Origin: Chloroflexota bacterium
GTDB taxonomy: Bacteria > Chloroflexota > UBA11872
NCBI GenBank assembly: GCA_965263175.1
Contig: OZ253587.1
Coordinates: 1,353,032 to 1,417,031, forward strand
Direction of reading: 5' to 3'
DNA: 64,000 nt
This document shows, in pieces, positions 38,860 through 47,360 of the stretch (the stretch's first letter is position 1; each line of letters opens with the position of its first letter). The translations under genes and the position numbers were made by a program. A model generated the notes under the pieces. The model made no database searches. It was not told where the DNA came from and worked only from the letters and a program-made list of their open reading frames with translations.

Positions 38860-39237
38860 TTGAATGTCGACGGAATCGCCGATTGGTGCCAAACCATGGG
38901 TCTGCCTGGAATGCCGGACTTCGACGTTGATGTGCACAAAGCCAAAGAGATGATTGAAAAGGGTGAGGTGGACGTGGTGGATGTCCGCACCCAGTTCCAC
39001 GCGCCGGCGATGCCGGGAGCGGACTACGTGCCATTGGATGACATTCTGGCGCGGCCCGCCGAAGTGATCCCGACAGGGAAGCCGCTGCTCTTCATCTGCA
39101 ACGTCGGGCAAACCAGTGCCGTTGCCACCCAGATGGCCAGGGCGCTCAGTGTTACGGACGCGTACAACATGGCTGGGGGGATGACCGCCTGGGCCGAGGC
39201 CGGCTACGAGACCGAGGAACCGCCCGCCGCGCACTGA
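38860..39237 (+). CDS. Single-domain rhodanese (sulfurtransferase) with the active-site Cys in FICNVGQTS
   Basis: CNVG..S active-site loop; size. The start may be the later ATG at about 38911. Confidence 0.7.
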   Translation: MNVDGIADWCQTMGLPGMPDFDVDVHKAKEMIEKGEVDVVDVRTQFHAPAMPGADYVPLDDILARPAEVIPTGKPLLFICNVGQTSAVATQMARALSVTDAYNMAGGMTAWAEAGYETEEPPAAH

Positions 39238-39267
39238 GCGCGCGGTTCACCTGGAAGGACACAGACC

Positions 39268-40104
39268 GTGTTCACCGTTGAGCAAGTCCAGCGCTACAGC
39301 CGCCACATGCTGCTGCCCGAAGTTGGGGCCGCGGGACAAGCGAAGATTCTCAATGCCAAGGTGCTGGCTATTGGCGCGGGCGGCCTTGGCTCGCCGGTGC
39401 TCTATTACCTGGCTGCCGCCGGGGTCGGCAGGTTGGGCGTTGTGGACTTCGACACCGTCGACCGTTCGAACCTGCAGCGACAGATTCTGCATCGCGATGA
39501 CCGCATCGGGATGCTGAAGACCGCGTCGGCGGAAGCGACCTTGACCGGCCTGAACCCGGACGTGACCGTGGTGCGCCACGACGAGCCGCTGACGTCAGAC
39601 AACGCGTTCGAAATCCTTGAGCCGTACGACATTGTGGTCAACGGGTGCGACAACTTTCCCACTCGCTACCTGGCCAATGACGCGGCGTATTTCCTGGGTA
39701 AGCCACTCGTGGACGGCAGCGTCATGCGCTTTGAGGGCATGGCCACCGTCTTTGAGCCAGGCGAGGGGTGCTACCGCTGCCTCTACCCGACGCCGCCGCC
39801 ACCGGAGATGGCCCCGAGCTGCGCCGAGGCTGGCGTGCTTGGTGTCTTGCCCGGCCTGATCGGGTTGATTCAGGCCACCGAGGTGCTCAAGTTAATCGTC
39901 GGTAACGGAACGCCCCTGACCGGACGCCTGTTGTTGCTTGACGCCCTGGAGATGGAATTCCGGGAGTTGAAGCTGCGGCGCGATCCTGACTGCCCGGTCT
40001 GTGGTGACCACCCGACGATTACCGAATTGATCGACTACGAGGAGTTCTGCGGCTTCGCGGGCGGCGACGCGGCACCGGCCACGGCGGAGGCGGTCGCCGT
40101 CTAA
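39268..40104 (+). CDS. MoeB/ThiF-family adenylyltransferase (E1-like) with a C-terminal CxxC pair
   Basis: QVQRYSRHMLLPEVG...LAIGAGGLGSPVLYYLAAAGVG..., CYRCLYP...CPVCG. Confidence 0.85.
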   Translation: MFTVEQVQRYSRHMLLPEVGAAGQAKILNAKVLAIGAGGLGSPVLYYLAAAGVGRLGVVDFDTVDRSNLQRQILHRDDRIGMLKTASAEATLTGLNPDVTVVRHDEPLTSDNAFEILEPYDIVVNGCDNFPTRYLANDAAYFLGKPLVDGSVMRFEGMATVFEPGEGCYRCLYPTPPPPEMAPSCAEAGVLGVLPGLIGLIQATEVLKLIVGNGTPLTGRLLLLDALEMEFRELKLRRDPDCPVCGDHPTITELIDYEEFCGFAGGDAAPATAEAVAV

Positions 40105-40195
40105 GCAACCGCGGACTGCCTGATCGCGGCGCGGTCTGGCGGGCTGGGCTTGCGCCTCGCACCCACCGGCGGGCGGCGAACGCATCGCCGAACGA

Positions 40196-42655
40196 TTGTG
40201 GCTGCCCGGCGTATGCTGGGAGGGCGCGCTGTCACGGGGTATACCGCTGGCTCGACCACCCAGTCGCACGCGTCGCCAGAGCCTCGGCGAATGGCTGGCT
40301 GCAGAGAATCGGCGCCGCGGCGGTCTGGCTCGAGTCTGGCCTCGCCGGGTGGCATATCTCGCCTTTGGCTTGACGCTTTGGGTTGCGGCGATCTTGTTGG
40401 CCGCCATCGTCGCCATGCAGCCGTTCGAATACGGGGTGATGGTACGACCGGCTGAATCTGGCCGATGGGTGATTGAGCACGTGACTCCGGGCGGTGCGGC
40501 CTGGCGCGCCGGACTTCGCGTTGGCGAGCGTGTTTCCTGGAGCGGACCTCTGACGGAACCGGCCGAGGCGTCAGGGGTCCTGCGAGTCAAGTCGGGCTCG
40601 GCCGCGATAGTCGACCCGCAAACCGGGCTGGCCAAACCCATTCCGGGCCGCGACCCGGCCATGCGAGCGACCACGCTCGCGCTCGCGACAGCGTTGGCGG
40701 TCGGCGCGGGTGTCGTGGCGCTCTACGGGCGGCGACGCGTGCTGGGGGCGGCCACCGCGGCAATGTTCGCCGTGGCAATTGCCCTGACGCTGGGGTCCGT
40801 CGCTCCCGATGCTGGTGGTGTGCTGTCGGTGCTGACGTTCGCGGCCGTAGGTGCGGCCGGCGTAGCCTTGTTGCGGCTGGCCGCTGTGTTCCCCATCAGG
40901 GGACCGGCGTCCATAGCGCCGTTCGTGCCGGCTTTAGCGGCGTCGATGCTGGCGGGACCGGTGGCGGTGCTGGTCGCCTCGTTTCAGGGCCGTCCGGAGC
41001 TATATAACGCGGCCTGGATCACCGTAGCGATCCTTCCCGCGCTGGGCCTCACGGCTTTCCTTGCCAAGTGCCTGGTGACCCTGCTGGATATCACGTTCCC
41101 ACGCGACCGGCGCGTGGCCCGCGTGCTGCTGGCAACATTCGTGACCGCCGCATTGCCGCCCACCGCACTGTCGCTGGTGCCGGCGGTCGTGAGCGGGGCC
41201 GAGATCCTTCCGTACTCCGTGTCGCTGCTGGCGATTGCGGCGACGGCGTTGGGTGTGGCTCACGTGGCGGTGCCGACCTGGCGCATTCGGTTCCAGCGCG
41301 TTCTCCGCACGCTCTTTCTGCACGGTGCGGCCTGGATCTGGCTCTTTACGGTCTACGCGCTTCTGGTGGGCGTGATCGGTCGCTACCTTTCCGACCGTGA
41401 CGGCGCTGTGCCGGTGCTCTGGATGCTCGCAGCGGCGCTGGTGGGCATTGGCGTGACGATGCCGTTTGCGCGCTGGGCGGTCCTCAAGACGCTATCGGGA
41501 TGGGTGTACCGGGATAGCTATGACCCGCGGCGAGTCTTGCGGACGGTCAGCGCGGCGCTGGCGTCCACGACTTCGGTGGAGCAGCTTGCCGAGTCGGTGC
41601 TGGCGCCGGTGCGCCGGGCGATTGGCCTTGACTGGATCGCTGTCACCCGCGCGGCTTCCCCGCATGACCTCGCCGCCATCGCATTCAACACTTTGGCCCC
41701 GACCCCGGACGATGCCCAAGTCCGTTCCGCCGTTCGGGCCGCGGCAGGTCTCGGACATTCGGAAATCGCCGCGGTGGTCGTTCCCTGCCAGATCGGAGAT
41801 ACGGTGGCGGCCTATGTCGTGGCTTCGATCCGCGACGAATCGTTTGGTCTGAGTCAGGCTGACGCCGACCTGCTGGACGCATTGGCAAGCCAACTCGCCA
41901 GTTTCATGGTGCGCGTGGATCTGTGGGGTCAGTTACAGGATCGCGTGCTGGAACTCGATGAAACGGCGCAGCGTCTGCATGACAGCCAGCAGACGCTGAG
42001 TGACCTCTACGACCAGGTCAACGGGATGCTGGAGGCTGAGCGGCAACGCATCTCGCGTGATCTGCACGACGAGCCGTTGCAGAAGCTGGTGCTCTTGCAG
42101 CGCGCACTGCGCTCAGCCGCGCCCGGGCCGTACCGTAGCCGCGATGCTCTCTTGCAGCTGGTGGATACGGCTGCCGGCGACTTACGAGAGATCTGCGAGC
42201 GTCTGCGCCCGCCGGTCCTGGACGACCTGGGGCTGGAGGCGGCGCTGCGCTGGCTTGTGGACGAGGCGGGACGTGCCGCGCCGTTCCAGGTTGATCTTCA
42301 AACTGACGGCACTCCGGACGTCGAGCGGCCGGATGTCGACGTTGAGACAAATATCTACCGGGCAGCCCAGGAGGCTTTGAACAATGCCCTGCGGCACGCC
42401 CAGGCGTCGCGAGTTCGCATTCGCCTGACCCGTGCGGCCGACGCGATTCGGCTCTCGGTGCGGGACGATGGGTGTGGGTTCCAGACCTCGCCCGACTTTG
42501 CCGTATATGCGGCGACGGGGCACCTCGGGCTGGCTGGGCTGCGTGAGCGGTTCACGCGCCTGGGCGGCGTTATAGCGGTGGAGTCGCAGCCCGGCGGGCC
42601 GACGGTCCTGACCGTGGAAGCTCCGCTCCATCCTGCAGCGGTGGCCCGCGAGTGA
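40196..42655 (+). CDS. Sensor histidine kinase (large multi-TM N-terminal region, GAF-like middle, HisKA_3 plus HATPase_c)
   Basis: ERQRISRDLHDEPLQKL (HisKA_3 H-box); an N/G-box ...LNNALRHA... GLAGLRERF. The start is uncertain. Confidence 0.8.
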   Translation: MWLPGVCWEGALSRGIPLARPPSRTRRQSLGEWLAAENRRRGGLARVWPRRVAYLAFGLTLWVAAILLAAIVAMQPFEYGVMVRPAESGRWVIEHVTPGGAAWRAGLRVGERVSWSGPLTEPAEASGVLRVKSGSAAIVDPQTGLAKPIPGRDPAMRATTLALATALAVGAGVVALYGRRRVLGAATAAMFAVAIALTLGSVAPDAGGVLSVLTFAAVGAAGVALLRLAAVFPIRGPASIAPFVPALAASMLAGPVAVLVASFQGRPELYNAAWITVAILPALGLTAFLAKCLVTLLDITFPRDRRVARVLLATFVTAALPPTALSLVPAVVSGAEILPYSVSLLAIAATALGVAHVAVPTWRIRFQRVLRTLFLHGAAWIWLFTVYALLVGVIGRYLSDRDGAVPVLWMLAAALVGIGVTMPFARWAVLKTLSGWVYRDSYDPRRVLRTVSAALASTTSVEQLAESVLAPVRRAIGLDWIAVTRAASPHDLAAIAFNTLAPTPDDAQVRSAVRAAAGLGHSEIAAVVVPCQIGDTVAAYVVASIRDESFGLSQADADLLDALASQLASFMVRVDLWGQLQDRVLELDETAQRLHDSQQTLSDLYDQVNGMLEAERQRISRDLHDEPLQKLVLLQRALRSAAPGPYRSRDALLQLVDTAAGDLREICERLRPPVLDDLGLEAALRWLVDEAGRAAPFQVDLQTDGTPDVERPDVDVETNIYRAAQEALNNALRHAQASRVRIRLTRAADAIRLSVRDDGCGFQTSPDFAVYAATGHLGLAGLRERFTRLGGVIAVESQPGGPTVLTVEAPLHPAAVARE

Positions 42656-43308
42656 CCCGGCGCCGCCCGATCCGGGTACTCCTGGTGGATGACCACGCCA
42701 TGGTGCGGGAAGGAACCGCCGCCGTTCTGGCCGATGTGCCCGATATCGAGGTTGTGGGCGCTGCTGGTGACGCGGCGGCGGCGGAGCGCGCGTGCCGCCG
42801 ATGTGCGCCTGATGTCTGCCTCCTGGATTTCCGCATCCCCGGCGGTGGACCGGCACTCGCCCGCCGTCTGGCCCACGTTGCGCCGGCGACGCGAGTATTG
42901 GTGGTGTCGGCTTACGGCAAAGCGGACTATGTTCGCTCAATGCGTGACGCGGGTGTGAGGGGATATGTCCTAAAGGACTTGGACATCGCGGGCCTGGCCG
43001 ATGCGGTGCGTCAGATCCACGCCGGAGGCACGGTATTCCAGAAACTTCCCGAGGCCGTACCGGACACCGCGGCCGGGCGCCTGCTCGCCGAGCCGCTCAC
43101 GATGCGCGAGTTGGATGTGCTTCGGCTGGTGGCCGAGGGCGCATCCAATCGCGAGGCCGCGGCTGCGCTGGGCGTTTCAGCCAAGACGGTTGAGGCGCAC
43201 CTCAGCAGCGTGTACGGCAAGTTGCGGGTCCGCTCACGTACCGAAGCCGTGGTTGCGGCGGTTCGCGACGGAATCATCAGCGTAGATCGGCCCGACGCCG
43301 ACGTGTAA
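42652..43308 (+). CDS. NarL/LuxR-family response regulator
   Basis: IRVLLVDDHAMVREG... REC domain plus a C-terminal LuxR helix-turn-helix (LTMRELDVLRLVAEGASNREAA). The GTG start overlaps the kinase stop as GTGA. Confidence 0.9.
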   Translation: MTRRRPIRVLLVDDHAMVREGTAAVLADVPDIEVVGAAGDAAAAERACRRCAPDVCLLDFRIPGGGPALARRLAHVAPATRVLVVSAYGKADYVRSMRDAGVRGYVLKDLDIAGLADAVRQIHAGGTVFQKLPEAVPDTAAGRLLAEPLTMRELDVLRLVAEGASNREAAAALGVSAKTVEAHLSSVYGKLRVRSRTEAVVAAVRDGIISVDRPDADV

Positions 43309-44469
43309 GGACGTCTCGGCAATGGGAATCCGCCGGCGGGCGCCCATTGATTCATACACCGCGTCGGCAAGCTGGACGGCGCGCACACCATCCTCAACCC
43401 CAGCGAGCGGCTCGCCGTTCCCCGCGACGGCGTCCACGAACGCGTGCAGGCTCTTGACCTGTGGTGCGGCGGCGGGGTGGGAGCGTGGCGTGACAACGTC
43501 AGACAAGCCGCCGATCTGGGACACATCTCCTGGCAAGTCACCCTTGGCGGTTGCTGTGACGGTGCCGTCCGTTGCCATCAGGCGCCAGGTGGAGCTGGCT
43601 GGGCTGCGGCCGTATTCGCCCACGGTCACGCGTGCAAGACCTCCGTTTGCGAAGCGAATGCCGGCCGCAATGGTGTCGGCCAGATCCGCTCGGCGCGTGT
43701 GCCGGCCGCCCATGGCCTGGACATAGAGCGGCTGGGATTGCATGAGAAAGCAGGCCAAATCCAACGCATGGCTTCCCAGCAGTGCCAGCAGGCCGCCGTG
43801 CTTGGCCGATCCCATCCAGGAGTCGTGCAGAGGATCGACGACGGATTCGATCCGGAGAAACGTCGGTCGCGGGATCCGGCCGCGGATCAGTCGCACATCG
43901 GGCGCGGCGCGCGCCCAGAAGTTGACAGCCAGCACGCTGTCGGATGCCCGCGCATACGCCAAGACGTGCTGAGCGTCTGAGTAGCGAAGGGCCAGGGGAG
44001 CTTCAAGCAGGACGTGGAGACCTCGATCGAGCGCCTCTCTCGCAAGGCGCCAATGACTGGCATGCGGCGTCGCTACGATTACGGCGTCCACATCGTCACG
44101 CCGCAGCGCCGCGCCGGCGTCGACGCTCCAGGCTGCGGCGCTCAAGGCGCGGGCGCCCGCTTCCGCCCGACGTCGATCGGCATCGACCACACAACTGACC
44201 GACACGCCGGACAGCGCCTGGAGCAGGGCTCCGTAGGCGCGACCGGCCGTGCCGTATCCGACAATGGCAAACTGCAAGCCTGAGTCCCTGGCCCGGGAGC
44301 CGTCGCGCTCAGCGTACTGCTTGCCCCGAACAGCTTTGACTTCAGCCGCCGCGGCGTAACGTTCTGCCACAACGGTCCGCTCTTTAGTCCGAGCCGACGG
44401 AGGAAAACCAACGGGCAAACTGGTCCACGGTATGGAAAGCTGTCGTATAGTGAGCGTTCTGCTCGACAT
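43234..44469 (-). CDS. Gfo/Idh/MocA family oxidoreductase (start uncertain)
   Basis: ...FAIVGYGTAGRAYGAL..., ...LEAPLA... Its 3' end overlaps the response-regulator 3' end by 75 nt (convergent). Confidence 0.7.
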   Translation of the reverse strand: MSSRTLTIRQLSIPWTSLPVGFPPSARTKERTVVAERYAAAAEVKAVRGKQYAERDGSRARDSGLQFAIVGYGTAGRAYGALLQALSGVSVSCVVDADRRRAEAGARALSAAAWSVDAGAALRRDDVDAVIVATPHASHWRLAREALDRGLHVLLEAPLALRYSDAQHVLAYARASDSVLAVNFWARAAPDVRLIRGRIPRPTFLRIESVVDPLHDSWMGSAKHGGLLALLGSHALDLACFLMQSQPLYVQAMGGRHTRRADLADTIAAGIRFANGGLARVTVGEYGRSPASSTWRLMATDGTVTATAKGDLPGDVSQIGGLSDVVTPRSHPAAAPQVKSLHAFVDAVAGNGEPLAGVEDGVRAVQLADAVYESMGARRRIPIAETSLHVGVGPIYADDSVANRRNHGFGT

Positions 44470-44486
44470 AACGCCGCTTCAGCGCA

Positions 44487-45644
44487 ATGTCATCTAGCCC
44501 TAGCACCCGACGACCGTCTGGGCGCGCGCATCGTCTGCGGCGCGCAGAGGTAATTAGTGTTGCCTCTGCTGGCGTCGTGTTCGTGATCGTGGCTGTGCTG
44601 GGCGTTCTGGTCTGGCTTCGGTCTTCAGATGCGCCCAAGGTGACCGTGGCGACCACGCCGACCGTGGCGGTGCCCCGGTCCCAGGCGCCAACCCCGGTCG
44701 TGAGCGCCAGGACGCCTCTTCCGCCATTGCCCTCGCCCGTTGTGGAATCAAGCGCTACGCCGGAGGCTCCGGATCCACTGAACCTCATCGCCGATTGGCC
44801 CGAGGACCGACCGTTTGGTGTGCTGTTCCTCGGTCTCGACCGGCGTCCGGGCGAGGGAGGCGGACGGACCGACGCGATTGTTCTTGCCCACATCGAGCCC
44901 CGGGCCAGATCCGCGACCCTGGTGTCCATACCGCGTGACGTGTGTGTGGCGAATTGTCGAACGGACCCTTTCCGGATCAATTCCGTCTGGCAGACCGAAG
45001 GCCCGGACGCGCTACGGCGACGCGTGGCCAACCTGCTTGGCGTGCAGGTGGACTACTGGGTGACGCTGGACTTCAACGGGTTCAAACGCCTGGTTGACTT
45101 CTTCGGCGGAGTGGATGTTGACGTCGAGTCGACGATTTACGATCCCTCGTTCCCCAACGCGACCGATACGGGCTTCGAGCCGTTCTACGTTGAGGCGGGT
45201 CCCAACCACCTCAACGGGGACATGGCGCTGCGCTACGTGCGAACCCGGCATCAGGACGGTTCGTTCGCGCGCGAAGTTCGCCAGCAGCAGGTCCTGTTGG
45301 CGTTGGTGGAGCAGGTGATCTCGCCGCAGACATTGGTCGAGTCGCCGGCCTTCCTGCGCGAACTCAGCAACGCGTTCGAATCGAATCTGCCGCCTGATCT
45401 CGTGCCCTCGATGGCCAAGCTTGGGATGCAGATCGGCTCCGCTCGGACCGTGTCTGGGGCGATCCGGCCCGAGGCCGGCCTGGTGCGCGCGGTCATTGCG
45501 GACAATGGCGCGTACGTGCTGCAACCCAACGTGGCGCGTATCCATGCCTATACGGCCGACCTGATGCGGCGTGGTGAATCATTGCCGCCGCCTGAAGCCG
45601 AACCCCAGGTCGAGCTGGCCAACCGGCAGCAGCCCGCGTCTTAG
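44487..45644 (+). CDS. LCP (LytR-CpsA-Psr) family protein
   Basis: An N-terminal TM segment; ...RTDAIVLAHIEP...SIPRD...; YVRTRH. Confidence 0.8.
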   Translation: MSSSPSTRRPSGRAHRLRRAEVISVASAGVVFVIVAVLGVLVWLRSSDAPKVTVATTPTVAVPRSQAPTPVVSARTPLPPLPSPVVESSATPEAPDPLNLIADWPEDRPFGVLFLGLDRRPGEGGGRTDAIVLAHIEPRARSATLVSIPRDVCVANCRTDPFRINSVWQTEGPDALRRRVANLLGVQVDYWVTLDFNGFKRLVDFFGGVDVDVESTIYDPSFPNATDTGFEPFYVEAGPNHLNGDMALRYVRTRHQDGSFAREVRQQQVLLALVEQVISPQTLVESPAFLRELSNAFESNLPPDLVPSMAKLGMQIGSARTVSGAIRPEAGLVRAVIADNGAYVLQPNVARIHAYTADLMRRGESLPPPEAEPQVELANRQQPAS

Positions 45645-46441
45645 GTCCGCCGCGCCACTACGTAGAGCTCCGAAGGCTCGTAGGCCACCTCCAGGAAGCG
45701 GCGCAGAATGCCTGCCACGCGCGCCAGTTCCTGCCGCGTGTGGAGCAGGCCGTCCGATACCTCGTGGATGGCATGCTCCAGGTCCCGCCCGTAGCCCGAG
45801 TCGGCCAGTCGCGCCGCGACCCAGCGCGAAGCGCGCGATTCGGACTGGTCAGACGGGCGCCCTGGTGGCGTCTGCGGCGTCAGGCCAAGATCGGCCAGAT
45901 CCACCGGCAGACCACGTTCCGACTCGGGATTGACCCCGGCCGCAACGGTCTTCAACCCGCAGCCGACAGTGAGGAACTCGATGAGCTCCCGGTCGTAGGG
46001 CCGGACATGCGTGGGGTCGCGCCAGAACTCGTGCGCGATGGTGGGAAGGCTGCCCGGATTGGGCGTGGCAAGGATGAGCCGACCGCCGGGCCGCAGCCGG
46101 TCTGCCGCCAGGCGAATCAGAGCCGCTGTTTCCCGAACCGCCAGATGCTCAACGACGTGGAAGGCGGTGATCGCGTCATAGTGGTCGGCGGTGCTTTGCA
46201 GGAAGTCCAGCGCGTCGCCCTGGCGTACCGGCAGTCCGCGAGCTTCCGCCAACATTGCCCCGTCATGATCCAGACCAAGGACCCGGTGCCCGGCCTCGGC
46301 GGCCGCCGCCAGGAACTCGCCGCGTCCGCATCCCACGTCCAGCAGGTCGCCGGAATCGGGTAGGAAACGCAGGTACCAGGCGCGCGCGCGCCGAACGGTC
46401 TCCGGCTCGAATCCGCGCTGTGCGTACCAGTCGGCGCCCAT
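45641..46441 (-). CDS. Class I SAM-dependent methyltransferase
   Basis: LLDVGCGRGEF motif I. Confidence 0.75.
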   Translation of the reverse strand: MGADWYAQRGFEPETVRRARAWYLRFLPDSGDLLDVGCGRGEFLAAAAEAGHRVLGLDHDGAMLAEARGLPVRQGDALDFLQSTADHYDAITAFHVVEHLAVRETAALIRLAADRLRPGGRLILATPNPGSLPTIAHEFWRDPTHVRPYDRELIEFLTVGCGLKTVAAGVNPESERGLPVDLADLGLTPQTPPGRPSDQSESRASRWVAARLADSGYGRDLEHAIHEVSDGLLHTRQELARVAGILRRFLEVAYEPSELYVVARRT

Positions 46442-46540
46442 GCACTGCCAGCCTTTCCGCGTGCCGGGGCGCAGGCTAGCACCGGACCCGGCTGATCAAC
46501 TTAGAATGCCTTCCGGTGTCCCCTTGCAGCGGCGGACGTT

Positions 46541-47347
46541 ATGAACGACGACGTTGAGATTTTCTCGATCGGAACGGAGCTCGTTTCCGGCCTCGTGCTG
46601 GACACGAACTCGCACTGGCTGGCTGGCGAAGTCTCGGTCGCCGGCGGCGACGTTCGCCGTATCACCGCGCTGGCGGACGACCTGGAGGCGCTGATCGCGG
46701 AGTTGCGTGCCGCCGTGGCGCGCAGGCCGCGTGTGGTCCTGACCACCGGCGGACTTGGTCCCACGCCCGACGACATGACGGTTGATGCGATTGCCGCCGT
46801 CGCGGACAGCGACACGCATACGCCGTTCGAGGTCATTGAAGACTATGCCCATCGTCGGAACATGACGATCGAAGAGGTTTCGGTACCGCCCCGTCTCAAG
46901 ATGGGGTCGATACCGCGCGCCGCCACCGTGCATCTAAACCCGGTCGGCTGGGCACCCTGCTTCTCGACCGTCGTGGACGAGACCACCATATGGTCGATGC
47001 CGGGCCCACCACGCGAAGTTGAAGGCTGCTTCAATACGCACATCCGGCCCGCCCTGCAGGGCATGTTCGCAGCCCAGAGTGCGCGGATGCGCGTCTACAT
47101 CGACTCGTTCGAATCCGAGACCTCGCCGTTCATGCAGCGGGTCATGCGCGAAGTTCCTGTGGCCTATCTGAAGGCGTACGTTGGCCAGTCGCGCGTAAAC
47201 GGACTCCCGGTGGATATCGTGGTTCGCAGTACCGACGGCGGCGATCCCAAGGTCCAGCTTGACGCCGCCTACGACCTCTTTAGCGGTATCGCCGCCGAGG
47301 CCGGGAAGACCGTCACGCTGGAACCGACCGCCCCGCTGCGCGACTAA
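46541..47347 (+). CDS. CinA-like / MoCF-biosynthesis (molybdopterin-binding) domain protein
   Basis: ...IFSIGTELVSG...DTNS.WLA...TTGGLGPTPDD... Confidence 0.65.
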   Translation: MNDDVEIFSIGTELVSGLVLDTNSHWLAGEVSVAGGDVRRITALADDLEALIAELRAAVARRPRVVLTTGGLGPTPDDMTVDAIAAVADSDTHTPFEVIEDYAHRRNMTIEEVSVPPRLKMGSIPRAATVHLNPVGWAPCFSTVVDETTIWSMPGPPREVEGCFNTHIRPALQGMFAAQSARMRVYIDSFESETSPFMQRVMREVPVAYLKAYVGQSRVNGLPVDIVVRSTDGGDPKVQLDAAYDLFSGIAAEAGKTVTLEPTAPLRD

Positions 47348-47360
47348 CCGGACGTCGCCC

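Noticed and set aside
37139-40104. Possibility that the Lon-like protease, rhodanese and ThiF/MoeB form a ubiquitin-like conjugation or defence module, or that the Lon-like protein is BREX BrxL
   Set aside because: No small beta-grasp (GG-terminated) carrier gene, E2-like or JAB gene is present, and no pglZ/brxC is anywhere in the window. Rhodanese plus MoeB is the common split-MoeZ sulfur-carrier activation pair, and the protease is transcribed divergently.
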